Assembly (NCBI GenBank): GCA_963727505.1
Contig: CAVSGP010000005.1
Coordinates: 230,074 to 294,073 of the forward strand
DNA: 64,000 nucleotides
Direction of reading: 5' to 3'
DNA from: an uncultured Trueperaceae bacterium
Lineage (GTDB): Bacteria > Deinococcota > Deinococci > Deinococcales > Trueperaceae
A program made the translations under genes and the position numbers. A model generated the notes under the pieces. That model did no database searches. It was not told where the DNA came from and was given only the letters and a program-made list of their open reading frames with translations. Positions 32,376-44,083 of the stretch are shown here, one piece after another. Each line of letters starts with the position of its first letter. Position 1 is the stretch's first letter.

Positions 32376-33242
32376 GTGGGCGGCCCTCGCGACTTCCGCT
32401 TCCTGCGCCGCCCGCGCTGGCTGTTCGGCACGCTGACGGTGATCGTCGCGGCCGCCGTGATGGCGAACCTAGGCCTATGGCAGGTTCGCCGGCTGCATCA
32501 ACGCCTGGAGCGCAACCGCACCATCGAAGCGCGCATCCACGCGCCGGCACAGCCGCTGACGCAGGCGCTGGCGCGCTACGACATCGGCGCCGCCCTCAAC
32601 GCGCCCACGGCCGTCGCCTACCGCCACGTCAGCGTGTCGGGACGCTACGACGCCGCCAACGAGGTGCTGCTGCGCTCGCGCAGCGAAGGGGGCCACCCCG
32701 GCTTCCACGTGCTGACGCCGCTCATGCTGGCGGGCGGCAAGGTGCTGCTGGTGGACCGCGGCTGGGTGCCCTACACCGACAACGACCCGCCGGTGCCCGC
32801 CGCGGCGCCGCCGTCGGGCGAGGTCACGCTGACCGGCCTGTTGCGCCGCCCCGACCCGGAGCCTTCGGGGTTGTTCAAGACCATCAGCCCCCAGGACCCG
32901 GCCACCGGCCCGCTCAAGAAGACCTTCTACGCCAATCCGGCGCGGCTGCAGCAGCAGTTCAGCGTCCCGCTGATCGGTGCCTATCTCCAGCTCGCCTCGC
33001 AATCGCCTCCGCAGACGGGCGAGCTGCCGGTCACGCCTCACCCGCCCGTACTGACGAACGGCCCGCACCTGAGCTACGCCATCCAGTGGTTCTCCTTCAT
33101 GCTCATCACCGTGGTCGGCTACGGGGTCGTGCTGGAGCGCCGTACGCGAGGGGGCGCGCCCTCGAGTGAGGGCGCGCCCTCGGACGACACCGGGGACGGG
33201 CGGGACGGGCCCTCTTCGGCGAGCCCAGCCTCCGGGGACTGA
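32376..33242 (+). CDS. SURF1 family protein
   Basis: LGLWQVRR, LLVDRGWVP and HLSYAIQWF motifs; start is approximate. Confidence 0.9.
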   Translation: MGGPRDFRFLRRPRWLFGTLTVIVAAAVMANLGLWQVRRLHQRLERNRTIEARIHAPAQPLTQALARYDIGAALNAPTAVAYRHVSVSGRYDAANEVLLRSRSEGGHPGFHVLTPLMLAGGKVLLVDRGWVPYTDNDPPVPAAAPPSGEVTLTGLLRRPDPEPSGLFKTISPQDPATGPLKKTFYANPARLQQQFSVPLIGAYLQLASQSPPQTGELPVTPHPPVLTNGPHLSYAIQWFSFMLITVVGYGVVLERRTRGGAPSSEGAPSDDTGDGRDGPSSASPASGD

Positions 33243-33255
33243 CGAGCCACAACAT

Positions 33256-33293
33256 GACGCCGCCGCGCGCCCGACCGGGCGCGCGGCGGCGTT
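33256..33293. terminator. Strong GC hairpin between the convergent SURF1 and tal genes
   Basis: 17-bp perfect inverted repeat ACGCCGCCGCGCGCCCG/CGGGCGCGCGGCGGCGT; no U-tract. Confidence 0.6.
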
Positions 33294-33338
33294 GCTGTGC
33301 GGCCGTCGGGCGGCCGGCGCAGGCGTGGCGCCGGCGCC

Positions 33339-34460
33339 TCAGGCCGGCGCCTTGCGCAGCTCCTCTTCCAACGTGCCCATCAGCTTGTCGAACGGCTTGA
33401 TGAACTTGTCGACGCCCTCGTCCTCGAGGGCCTGCGTGACCTCGTCGAGGCCGATGCCCAGCTCGCCGAGCTGTTCGAGCTTCCTGCCGTAGGCGTCGGC
33501 GTCGTCGCGGACCCGGTCGGCAGGCTCGCCGTGGTCGCGGTAGGCGTCGAGCGTCTCGCCCGGCATGGTGTTGATGGTGTCGGGACCGACGAGCGGCTCG
33601 ACGTACTTGACGTCGGAGTAGTCGGGGTTCTTGGTGCTGGTCGACGCCCACAGCAACCGCTGCTTGCGGGCCCCTTGCCGCTCGAGCGCGCGGAAGCGGT
33701 CGCTCGAGAACGCCTCCTCGAAGATGGCGTAGGCCTGCTTGGCGCTGGCGACGGCGATCTCGCCGTGCAGCGCCTTCGCCGCGTCCGCGCGCGGCCCACC
33801 CTGCTGCATGACCTTCTCCAGCATGGGGTCGACCATCACGTCGATGCGGCTCAGGAAGAAGCTGGCCACCGAGGCGACGCGCGCCACCGGCTCGCCGGAC
33901 TTCACGCGCTCCTCCAGACCGGCGAGGTAGGCGTCGATCACCTCGCGGTAGCGGCCCAACCCGAACAGCAGCGTGACGTTGACGTTGATGCCCTCGCCGA
34001 TGAGCTGCCGGATCGCTGGCAGCCCCGCGGCGGTGCCGGGCACCTTGATGAAGGCGTTGGGGCGCTCCAGGCGCTGCCACAGGTGGCGCGCCTCGGCGAT
34101 GGTGCCGTCGGTGTCGTGAGCGAGGTGCGGGGAGACCTCGAGCGAGACGTAGCCGTAGCGGCCGTCCGAGCCGTCGTAGAGGGGCCGGAACAGGTCGCAG
34201 GCGTTCTGGATGTCGCTGACCACCAGCTCCTCGTAGGAGGCCTCGACGCTCACGCCGCGGCGTGCCAGGTCCGCGACGGCGTCGTCGTAGTCGCTGGACT
34301 GGCCGATCGCCTTCTGGAAGATGGCCGGGTTCGAGGTGACGCCTCGCAGACCGTCGTCGTCGATGAGGGTCTGGAGCGTGCCGTCGCTGAGCCAGCTGCG
34401 GCGGATCTCGTCCATGTACACGGACTGCCCGAAGTCCTGCAGTCGCTTGAGGATGCTCAT
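33339..34460 (-). CDS. tal: Transaldolase
   Basis: GVTSNPAIF, IKVPGT, NVTLLF, SFFLSR and LLWASTSTK motifs. Confidence 0.96.
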   Translation of the reverse strand: MSILKRLQDFGQSVYMDEIRRSWLSDGTLQTLIDDDGLRGVTSNPAIFQKAIGQSSDYDDAVADLARRGVSVEASYEELVVSDIQNACDLFRPLYDGSDGRYGYVSLEVSPHLAHDTDGTIAEARHLWQRLERPNAFIKVPGTAAGLPAIRQLIGEGINVNVTLLFGLGRYREVIDAYLAGLEERVKSGEPVARVASVASFFLSRIDVMVDPMLEKVMQQGGPRADAAKALHGEIAVASAKQAYAIFEEAFSSDRFRALERQGARKQRLLWASTSTKNPDYSDVKYVEPLVGPDTINTMPGETLDAYRDHGEPADRVRDDADAYGRKLEQLGELGIGLDEVTQALEDEGVDKFIKPFDKLMGTLEEELRKAPA

Positions 34461-34569
34461 GATGGTCCTCCCGTGGGTCGGTGCGCGGCGGCGTGCGGTC
34501 GCACCGGCCGATGCGGTCACGATACGACTCCGAGGCGGGCCTTCCGGGTGGGGCGGGTTACCGATGGGC

Positions 34570-35280
34570 TCAGGTGCGCTCGAGCCCGACGGCCGTCACC
34601 GCGTCCCCGCGGAGCTCGAGCTGCACCCGCGGCAGAGGCCGCACCGCCGGCCCGCTCACCGCCTCGCCGGAGCGCGTGGGATCGAAGATGCTCAGGTGGC
34701 AGGGGCAGGTCAGGTCGGGATGGGTCGTGCGGTAGTTGAACGCGAAGTCGATGCCGCCCAGGTCCCGGTTGAGGTAGACGGTGCAGCCCAGGTGGGTGCA
34801 CACCCGGCTGAAGCCGGCGAGGTACGCCGTGGCGCCTTCGGCGGTGGGGACCTCGAGCCCGCCGGGGATCGGGCCGGGCAGCCGCAGCGCGATGGCGGGG
34901 ATGGGGCGGTCGCCGGGCAGCTCGAAGGGGACGGCGTCCCAGGGCTGCGCGAAGGCCTGGAGGCCGGCGACCGCGGTGGCGGGGCGCGGCTCGAAGACGG
35001 GATGCGCCGCCGCCGCGTCCTTCTCGAAGTGGATGCGGATGGCCTCGTACAGCCCCACCGCGCCGCCACCGACCGCCAGCAGCACCGGCAGGCGCCAGGC
35101 CCAGCGGATGAGGCGGCGGCGGGCCTCGTCGGCCTCGTCGGGCGGGGCGGGCGCGGCGGGCGCGTTGTCGCGGCCTTCCGTCCCCACCGCCGACCCGGCC
35201 TCCTGGCCGGCGCCGTCCGGCCGGGGCGCGTCCTCGCGCGCCCCGGTTCCGGGGCCGCCGGCCGGCTTCCGCTCGCTCAC
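34570..35280 (-). CDS. Rieske [2Fe-2S] protein with Tat-like N-terminal anchor
   Basis: CTHLGC and CPCHLSIFD boxes, GPAVRPL, and RRR before a hydrophobic helix. Confidence 0.92.
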   Translation of the reverse strand: MSERKPAGGPGTGAREDAPRPDGAGQEAGSAVGTEGRDNAPAAPAPPDEADEARRRLIRWAWRLPVLLAVGGGAVGLYEAIRIHFEKDAAAAHPVFEPRPATAVAGLQAFAQPWDAVPFELPGDRPIPAIALRLPGPIPGGLEVPTAEGATAYLAGFSRVCTHLGCTVYLNRDLGGIDFAFNYRTTHPDLTCPCHLSIFDPTRSGEAVSGPAVRPLPRVQLELRGDAVTAVGLERT

Positions 35281-36812
35281 GGCTTCCCCGTGCCGCCGCC
35301 CGCCAGCGTGCCGGTGACGAAGGTCACCAGGGCATCGATCTGGTCGCTGCCGAGGCGCCCCTGGAAGCCCGGCATCATGCCGCGGCCGAAGCTCACGGCG
35401 TCCCGGACATTGGGGACGTTGGTTGCGCGGGGGTTGCCCGCCAGCGCGGGGCCGGAGCCCCCCTGCCCGGAGGCGCCGTGGCAGGTGGCGCAGTTGGCCT
35501 CGAAGAGCTGCGCGCCGTCGGGGGTGGGCGCCCCCGGAAGGGCGGGGGCCGCCGCCGTGGTGTCCCCCTGCTGGCGCGCCTTGGCGCTGGCGATCAGGTC
35601 GGGCACGCGGCCCGCCTTGTCCGGGCCGCCCACCTTCTGGACGTAGTGGTTCCAGGTGTCGATGGCGTTCTGGTACTGCTGTTGGGTGAAGTAGGCGTTG
35701 CCGAGCATCAGCAGCGAGGGCGCGTCCAGCTTCTCGGGCCCGCCCAGGTCCTGCGCGGCGCGGCGCAGCAGGGTGATGGCGTCGCTGCTCCGACCCTTCA
35801 TGAACAGCACCTGACCGGTGCGCTCCAGCGCGGTGGTGTTGTCGGCGTTGGGGCCGGTGAGCACGCGCACGTAGGCGTCCACCGCGCGGTTCTGGTCGCC
35901 CTGCTGCCAGTAGGCGTCGGCCAGGGCCATGAGGTTGGCTTCGCTGGGATCCGCCTTGACCTTCTCGACCAGCGGCTTCACGGCGTCGATGAGGGCGATC
36001 TGGTTGCGGGCCTGGCTGTCGTTGGCGTTGCCAGGGATGGCCAGGTAGCGCTGGAAGGCGCTCTTCGCCGCGGCCAGCTCGTCGCGGGCGAACGCCACCT
36101 GGCCCAGCGCATAGAGCGTCTGCGGGTCGTCGGGGGAGACCGACAGCGCCTTCTGCAGGTAGTCCTGCGCCTGGCCCAGGTCGGTCGGCAGGTAGGCGGC
36201 GGCCAGGCGCTTGTAGGCCTCCACCGGCACCGGCGTGATGGTCGCGACGACGTTCTTGTACGCGGCGATGGCCTTGTCGGTCTCCTGGTTGTTCCAGTAG
36301 GCGTCGCCCAGCGCGATCAGGTTCTTGGCGGTGGGATCGTTGTTGGCGGCGCGTTGGAGCGCCTCGATCTGCTTGGCGGCGTTGACGTCGGTGGTGGTGA
36401 CGTTGGCGTTCGGGCCCACGCGCGGCAGCACCGAGCTGGGAAGCACCGCGGCGGCGATCGCCACCAGCGCCAGCAGCGCCACCGCGCCGTAGGGGACGCG
36501 GCGGGCGCGCTCGCGGCGGCGTGCCGGCCGGCCGGCCAGCACCGCTTCGCGCTCGTCGATCGCGCGCAGCACGTGCGCCGCCTTGGCCTCGTAGCGGGCG
36601 CGCAGCTCGGCGCGCCTCTGCTCGGGCAGGTCCTTGCGCGCCTCCAGCTCGGTGATGGCGCGGAACAGCGCGTCGCGCTCCTCCTCGAGGTCCTGGCCGA
36701 CGGGGTCGCGCTCGTCGGGCAGCGGGTCGGCCTGGCCGGGGACCAGCAGCGGCACGGCCACGTACGCGAACGCCACCAGCGCCAGCACCACCACCAGGAC
36801 GATGGTGGCCAT
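35277..36812 (-). CDS. CcmI/CycH-like TPR membrane protein fused to a C-terminal c-type cytochrome domain
   Basis: Two TM segments around a coiled region, TPR repeats, then CATCH...MMPGF. Confidence 0.82.
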   Translation of the reverse strand: MATIVLVVVLALVAFAYVAVPLLVPGQADPLPDERDPVGQDLEEERDALFRAITELEARKDLPEQRRAELRARYEAKAAHVLRAIDEREAVLAGRPARRRERARRVPYGAVALLALVAIAAAVLPSSVLPRVGPNANVTTTDVNAAKQIEALQRAANNDPTAKNLIALGDAYWNNQETDKAIAAYKNVVATITPVPVEAYKRLAAAYLPTDLGQAQDYLQKALSVSPDDPQTLYALGQVAFARDELAAAKSAFQRYLAIPGNANDSQARNQIALIDAVKPLVEKVKADPSEANLMALADAYWQQGDQNRAVDAYVRVLTGPNADNTTALERTGQVLFMKGRSSDAITLLRRAAQDLGGPEKLDAPSLLMLGNAYFTQQQYQNAIDTWNHYVQKVGGPDKAGRVPDLIASAKARQQGDTTAAAPALPGAPTPDGAQLFEANCATCHGASGQGGSGPALAGNPRATNVPNVRDAVSFGRGMMPGFQGRLGSDQIDALVTFVTGTLAGGGTGKP

Positions 36813-37498
36813 CAGGCGTCCTCCTCGCGGGCGCGCAGCGCCGCGCGGACGCGCTGGAGGTCCTCGTCGGGCGCGTCGGGGGTGGTCTCGGCCGCCTTAC
36901 GCCAGCGCCGCACCAGCAGCGCCAGCGCGGCGGCGCCGCCCAGCAGGGCGAGCAGCGGTAGCAGCCACACCACCAGATGCAGCCCCGTCTTGGGCGGGTC
37001 GAGGAGGATCCAGTCGCCGTAGCGCTGGCGGAAGTAGCTCACGATCTGCTCCTGGCTCTTGCCGGCGTCGAGCTGCTGCTGGATGAGGCGGCGCATCTCG
37101 CCCGCGATCTCGGCGTTCGAATCCGCGACGGACTCCGCCGTGCACACCGGGCAGCGGAGTTGTCGTGCGATGGCGTAGGCGCGGTCGCTGATCTCCACGC
37201 CAGAGCCGGCGGTGGGCGTGCCGGTGGGGGGCGTGCCGGTGGCAGGTGTGCCGGCGGCGGGTGCAGCCGTGGCTGCGGGCGCGGTCGGGCTCGTGGCGGG
37301 GCTCGTGCTGGGGTTCGCCGCCGGCGTGCCGGGGGCCGGCGTCCCGGACTGGGCCCAGGCCGCGCCCGGGACCAGCAGTGCGGCGACGGCCAGCACCCGC
37401 AGGAGCGGTAGGTGGCGTCGGCGCGCCGCGGGCGTCGCTGGGCGGCGCACTGGGCGGCGCACTGTGCGGGGCACTGCGCGGGGCATTGCGCGCGTCAC
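36812..37498 (-). CDS. ccmH: Cytochrome c biogenesis protein CcmH
   Basis: LRCPVC, RYGDWILLDPP and VWLLP motifs. Confidence 0.92.
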   Translation of the reverse strand: MTRAMPRAVPRTVRRPVRRPATPAARRRHLPLLRVLAVAALLVPGAAWAQSGTPAPGTPAANPSTSPATSPTAPAATAAPAAGTPATGTPPTGTPTAGSGVEISDRAYAIARQLRCPVCTAESVADSNAEIAGEMRRLIQQQLDAGKSQEQIVSYFRQRYGDWILLDPPKTGLHLVVWLLPLLALLGGAAALALLVRRWRKAAETTPDAPDEDLQRVRAALRAREEDA

Positions 37499-38033
37499 TG
37501 CAGGATCGCCCCCAGCTCCTTGTCCATCACCGCGGGCGTGACCGGGCCGACCCGCTTGAACACCACGGTCCCCGAGCGGTCGACGAAGTAGGTCTCCGGC
37601 ACGCCGAACAGGGCGTACTCCACGCCGATGGAGCTGTCGTTGTCCATGCCCACCGGGAAGGTGTAGCCGAAGCGGTCGATGAACTGGCGGCCGGCGTCGT
37701 ACTTGCCGCGGTCCTGCGTCTGCACGCCCACGAACAGAACGCCCTTGTCCCGGTACTCCTGGTAGTACTGCTCGAGCAGCGGCGCCTCCTCGAAGCAGGG
37801 AGTGCACCACGACGCCCAGAAGTTGATGACCATGGGCGTGCCCTTGTGGGCGGCGAGGGAGAAGTTGGCGCCGTAGCTCTGCTGGAAGCGCTCGTACAGC
37901 GGCAGCGTGAACTCCGGCGCGGGCTTCCCGATGAGGTTGGACGGCACGTCGCGGTTGGGCGGGCCGCGGAACAGGCCGTAGAGGAACAGGCCCGTGAGCA
38001 CCGCCACCACCGCCACCACGACGATCAGCCGCC

Positions 38034-38037
<4 letters not shown>
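37495..38037 (-). CDS. ccmG: Thiol:disulfide oxidoreductase CcmG/DsbE
   Basis: INFWASWCTPC and GVPETYFVD motifs. Confidence 0.92.
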
Positions 38038-40034
<1,997 letters not shown>

Positions 40035-40061
40035 AGGAGCCTCTCCCGTGACCCAGAAGCT

Positions 40062-40490
40062 CTACTGGAGCGTCTTCTTGAGCATGTTGACGTCGATGGG
40101 CTGCCCCGGCTGGGGCGGCTTGTAGTTGGCGCTGTGCTTCACCAGCAGCTGGTCGCTCACGAAGGTGCCCTTCTGGAAGCGCCCCTCGACCACCACGCCC
40201 TGGTTGGCCTTGAAGAGGTCGGGCGGGGCGCCCTGGTACTCGACAGGATAGGACTGGATGCTGTCGGTGATGATGAAGTGGAGTTGCAGTGTGCTGTCGT
40301 TGAAGTGCACGGTGCCGGGCTCGACCAGCCCGCCCAGGCGGATGGTCCGGCCGGCGAACCCCGAGGGGTCCTTGGCGTACTCGTTGGGCAGCACGAAGTA
40401 CACCAGCGAGTTGTTCAGCGCCTTGTAGATCATGAAACCGGCGACGCCCAGCACGGCGACGCCCAGAATGGCGTAGACGATCTTCTTCAA
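40062..40490 (-). CDS. ccmE: Heme chaperone CcmE
   Basis: IRLGGLV, PDLFK and KHSANY (HxxxY) motifs. Confidence 0.95.
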   Translation of the reverse strand: MKKIVYAILGVAVLGVAGFMIYKALNNSLVYFVLPNEYAKDPSGFAGRTIRLGGLVEPGTVHFNDSTLQLHFIITDSIQSYPVEYQGAPPDLFKANQGVVVEGRFQKGTFVSDQLLVKHSANYKPPQPGQPIDVNMLKKTLQ

Positions 40491-40618
40491 CGTTCGTCCT
40501 CGGAATCCGCGGCGCGGCGGGCGCGGCGCGCCAGGTAGAAGGCGTATGCCGCGTAGGCGAGCACGACCTCCAGCCAGCCGGCGGCGACCCAGCGCCAGTG
40601 GTGCGCGAGCTCAGACAC
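40487..40618 (-). CDS. ccmD: Heme exporter protein D (43 aa; absent from the ORF track)
   Basis: MSELAHHWRWVAAGWLEVVLAYAAYAFYLARRARRAADSEDER: one TM helix then a charged tail; overlaps the ccmC stop and the ccmE start. Confidence 0.8.
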   Translation of the reverse strand: MSELAHHWRWVAAGWLEVVLAYAAYAFYLARRARRAADSEDER

Positions 40619-41342
40619 GGACGACCTCCCCGGTGGCGCCGTCCCCTTCGCGCTGCTCGCGCGCCTCCATGCGCGCGTGCTCGAGCCGGGCGATGCGTAC
40701 CCGTTCCGACACGAAGGTGAGGTAGACGAGAGCCGCCACCCCGACGTTGAACAGCAGCACGAACAGCATGATCGGCGCCATGGTCACGCCGGTGACGGCC
40801 ACGCTCAGGGTGGGGTGGAGGGTGCGGAACCAGGCGGCCGCCAGGTAGTTGAACGGCAGGCTGACCGCCACGACGATGCCGATGACCGCGCTGACGCGCC
40901 CCCGGCGCGTGGGATCGTCGATGAGGCCGCGCACCACGAAGTAGCCCACCAGCAACGCGAACATCAGCGCGGTGAGCGTGAGCTTGGCGTCCCAGGTCCA
41001 CCAGGTGTTGAGGGTGGGCTTGCTGTAGGTCATGCCGCTGACGAGCGTGAGCGCGGCGAAGAAGGTGGCGATCTCGGCGTTGGCGACGGCGCGGGCGTCG
41101 TCGACCGGGCGCCCCCTCCACAGGAAGGCCATGCCGTAGAGCGCCGTCACGATGACGGCGACGAAGCACACCCACGCCACCGAGACGTGCGCGTACATCA
41201 TGCGGATCAGCTGCCCCTGGTTGACGTCGGGAGGGCTGACCGCCAGCGCCAGGTAGGCTCCGACGCCGAACAGGATCAGGGTGCTGAGGCCCAGCATGCG
41301 CAGCCACCGTGGCCGCGCGAGCGCCTCGTGCCGTTGGCTCAT
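40611..41342 (-). CDS. ccmC: Heme exporter protein C
   Basis: MYAHV, WWTWDAKLT (WWD domain) and RTLHP motifs; AAGGAG RBS. Confidence 0.94.
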   Translation of the reverse strand: MSQRHEALARPRWLRMLGLSTLILFGVGAYLALAVSPPDVNQGQLIRMMYAHVSVAWVCFVAVIVTALYGMAFLWRGRPVDDARAVANAEIATFFAALTLVSGMTYSKPTLNTWWTWDAKLTLTALMFALLVGYFVVRGLIDDPTRRGRVSAVIGIVVAVSLPFNYLAAAWFRTLHPTLSVAVTGVTMAPIMLFVLLFNVGVAALVYLTFVSERVRIARLEHARMEAREQREGDGATGEVVRV

Positions 41343-41442
41343 CGTCGCTCCTTCAGCTCGGGTCCCTCGGGACCCGAGCCCCAGTCTACGGTGCCACCGT
41401 CCCGGGGTCCGGTTGCAGCGTTGACCGATGCCTCCCCTTCCT

Positions 41443-42261
41443 TCACTCCTCCACGACAAGATGAAAGATGGCTGTGCAGGTGACGAAGTACACGAGGTCG
41501 AAGCCCGCCAGGAGCTGCAGCCAACCGCCCGCCAGGACGGCGTTCTGCAGGCCGATGAGGGCCTCGGTGGAGCGCACCGCGCCGAGCAGCACCGGCACCA
41601 CCACCGGGAACATCAGCACCGGCAGCAGCGCCTCGCGCGCCTGCAGGTTGGCGGTGAGGGCGGCGTAGAAGGTAGCCACCACCGCGAAGCCCAGCGTCCC
41701 CAGCGTCAGGGTGGCGGGCAGCAGCCAGGCGCCCGGCCCCGCCGGAGCGCCGTAGAGCACCAGCGTCACCGGCGTCATCAGCAGTCCCAGTGCCAGCATG
41801 TAGAGCCAGTTGGCCAGCAGCTTGCCCAGGAAGACCGCGGCGCGCGGCACCGGGTAGAGCAGGAGCTGGTCGAAGGCGCCCTCCTCGAGGTCGGACTGGT
41901 AGCTCTGGGCGGCGGTGATGACGCCGGCGAAGGCCAGCGCCACCCACAGCACGCCGGGCGCGCTGCGCTTGAGCAGCTCGGCGTCCTGCCCCATGGCGAA
42001 GGCCATCATGACCAGCGTGACGGCCGAGAAGAACAGCGTCGCGACCGTCACCGCCCGGCTGCGTACCTCCTGCAGCAGGTCCTTGCGCGCGATGGCGAGG
42101 ACGGCGGCGAGGTCGGTGTTGATGCCGCTCACGGGGCCGGGCTCCGGAGGGCGTCGGCTCGCGGCAGCGCGCGCTGCGGTGGGGGCGCCGTCGCAGCCTG
42201 CTGCTGCGGGCGCGGTTGCGGCTGCCGTCGCGGCTGCCGTCGCGGCCGCCGTCGCGATCAC
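41443..42261 (-). CDS. ccmB: Heme exporter protein B (start at 42261 or 42132)
   Basis: ARKDLLQEVRSR, APGVLW and LLPVLMFP motifs. Confidence 0.92.
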   Translation of the reverse strand: MIATAAATAAATAAATAPAAAGCDGAPTAARAAASRRPPEPGPVSGINTDLAAVLAIARKDLLQEVRSRAVTVATLFFSAVTLVMMAFAMGQDAELLKRSAPGVLWVALAFAGVITAAQSYQSDLEEGAFDQLLLYPVPRAAVFLGKLLANWLYMLALGLLMTPVTLVLYGAPAGPGAWLLPATLTLGTLGFAVVATFYAALTANLQAREALLPVLMFPVVVPVLLGAVRSTEALIGLQNAVLAGGWLQLLAGFDLVYFVTCTAIFHLVVEE

Positions 42262-42962
42262 GCCCCGCTCCGGCGCAGGCTGCCGCCGGCGAGCTCGAGC
42301 ACCGCGTCGGCGAAGCGCGTGCTGCGCTCGAGCTCGTGCGAGGCCATCACCACCGTGCGGCCGCGGCTGCGCGCGGCCGCCAGCACGTCGTCGAGCAGGG
42401 CCTTGCCGTCCTCGTCGAGGGCGGCGTAGGGCTCGTCCATCAGCCACAGCGGCGGGTCGAGCAGCAGCAGCCGCGCCAGCCCCAGGCGCTTCTTCATGCC
42501 GCTGGAGTAGGTGCGCACCAGCGTGTCGGCCACGTCTGTCAGCCCGACGGTCGCCAGCGCGGCGTCGAGGTCGACGGCCGGCAGGCCGCTCAGGGTGGCG
42601 GCCAGCTGCAGGTTCTCGCGCGCCGTCAGGACCGGGTAGTTGCCCCCCAGCACGCTCACCAGCCCGATGCGGCGACGCACCTCGTCGCCCTGGCGCTGCA
42701 GGTCGTAGCCGAACACCCAGCCGCGCCCCCGGGTGGGGCGCAGGCGGGTGGCCAGCACGCGCAGCAGGGTGGTCTTGCCGGCGCCGTTGCTGCCCTTGAG
42801 CACCGCGATCCTGCCGGCCGCCATCTCCAGACGCAGGTCGCGCAGCACCAGCTCGCGCCCGAAGCGCTTGGCGATGCCATCGAGGTGTAGGGCCAGCGCC
42901 GCCTCGCGCGACGTTGCGCTTCGGGCCGTGGCGCTCCCCGTCTCGCTCACTTCCCCGCTCAC
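42258..42962 (-). CDS. ccmA: Heme ABC exporter ATP-binding protein
   Basis: GSNGAGKT, YSSGMKKR and WLMDEP motifs. Confidence 0.93.
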   Translation of the reverse strand: MSGEVSETGSATARSATSREAALALHLDGIAKRFGRELVLRDLRLEMAAGRIAVLKGSNGAGKTTLLRVLATRLRPTRGRGWVFGYDLQRQGDEVRRRIGLVSVLGGNYPVLTARENLQLAATLSGLPAVDLDAALATVGLTDVADTLVRTYSSGMKKRLGLARLLLLDPPLWLMDEPYAALDEDGKALLDDVLAAARSRGRTVVMASHELERSTRFADAVLELAGGSLRRSGA

Positions 42963-43741
42963 AGCCGCGACTGCAGCCATCCCGGCGTCACCTGCGAGAG
43001 ATAGGTGTTGAGCTGGGTGTAGGTGCCGGTGACCATCAGCAGCCCGGCGGCGAGCAGCAGCACGCCGGCGGCGCGCTCGACCCAGGGCAGATAGCTGCGG
43101 AAGCGTCGGGAGAAGTGCAGGAAGGGCTCGAGCGCCAGCGCGGCGGCCAGGAAGGGCACGGCCAGGCCCAGGGCGTAGACCGCCAGCAACGCGACGCCCT
43201 GCGCCAGCGTGCCCGAAGCGCCCGCCAGCGTGAGGATGCCGCCCAGGATGGGCCCGATGCAGGGCGACCAGCCGGCGGCGAACGCCATGCCCAGCAGCAG
43301 TGCCCCCCACGGCCGGGTCGCCTCGCCGCGGTAGCGGGGACGGACGTCACGGTAGAGCAGCGGGATCTTCAGCACGCCCAGCATCACCAGGCCGAAGAGC
43401 GCCACGACGACGCCGGCGACGATGGTGAGCACGTCACGGTGCTGGCGCAGTACCGCGCCCAACATGCTGGCCGAGGCCCCCATGACGATGAACACCAGCG
43501 TGAAGCCGGCGATGAACAGCAGGCTCTGGAGCAGCAGCACACGGCGGCCGCCGGCGATGCCGGCGCTCCCGGCACCCGAAGGCACACCGACGCTCCCCGC
43601 GCGTCCACCCACACTTCCGCCGACGCTGCCACCCACGCTTCCGCCTACGAAAGCCAGGTAGCTCGGCACCAGCGGCAACACGCAGGGCGACAGGAACGAC
43701 AGTAGCCCGGCGACGAAGGCCAGCGGCAGGCTGGGGCTCAC
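42959..43741 (-). CDS. ccdA: Cytochrome c biogenesis protein CcdA
   Basis: SFLSPCVLPL and WSPCIGPIL motifs. Confidence 0.94.
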   Translation of the reverse strand: MSPSLPLAFVAGLLSFLSPCVLPLVPSYLAFVGGSVGGSVGGSVGGRAGSVGVPSGAGSAGIAGGRRVLLLQSLLFIAGFTLVFIVMGASASMLGAVLRQHRDVLTIVAGVVVALFGLVMLGVLKIPLLYRDVRPRYRGEATRPWGALLLGMAFAAGWSPCIGPILGGILTLAGASGTLAQGVALLAVYALGLAVPFLAAALALEPFLHFSRRFRSYLPWVERAAGVLLLAAGLLMVTGTYTQLNTYLSQVTPGWLQSRL

Positions 43742-44083
43742 CGGTCCGTCTCCGCGCCGGTCCGCCGGGTGCGGCCGCCTCCCGGGCGGGAGCCCGGGGC
43801 AGGACGCAGCGGCGTCGACAGCGGCGTCGACAGCGGCGTCGAGAGGCGGGGATCGCGGGCCATCACGCCAGTATGGCCCATCGACGTGACGGGCGTCGTT
43901 CCGTGCTGGCGGACGTGCTGGCGGGCGTACACGAACAGACAGCGCCCGGCGTGGATCGCCGGGCGCTGCGTGGGGCCTGGGAGGCCCGCCAGGGGGGAGA
44001 GAGGGGGTCGGGTTCGGGTCGGGCTGCGCGCTCGATCGGCGCGTTCAGGCAGGTCGTTCAGGCAGGGCCTTCAGGCAGGTCGT

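Noticed and set aside
30358..33242. Long N-terminal extensions or fusions of ctaB and SURF1 in the ORF track
   Set aside because: They are off-frame read-through of neighbouring genes; family motifs begin at 31420 and about 32376.
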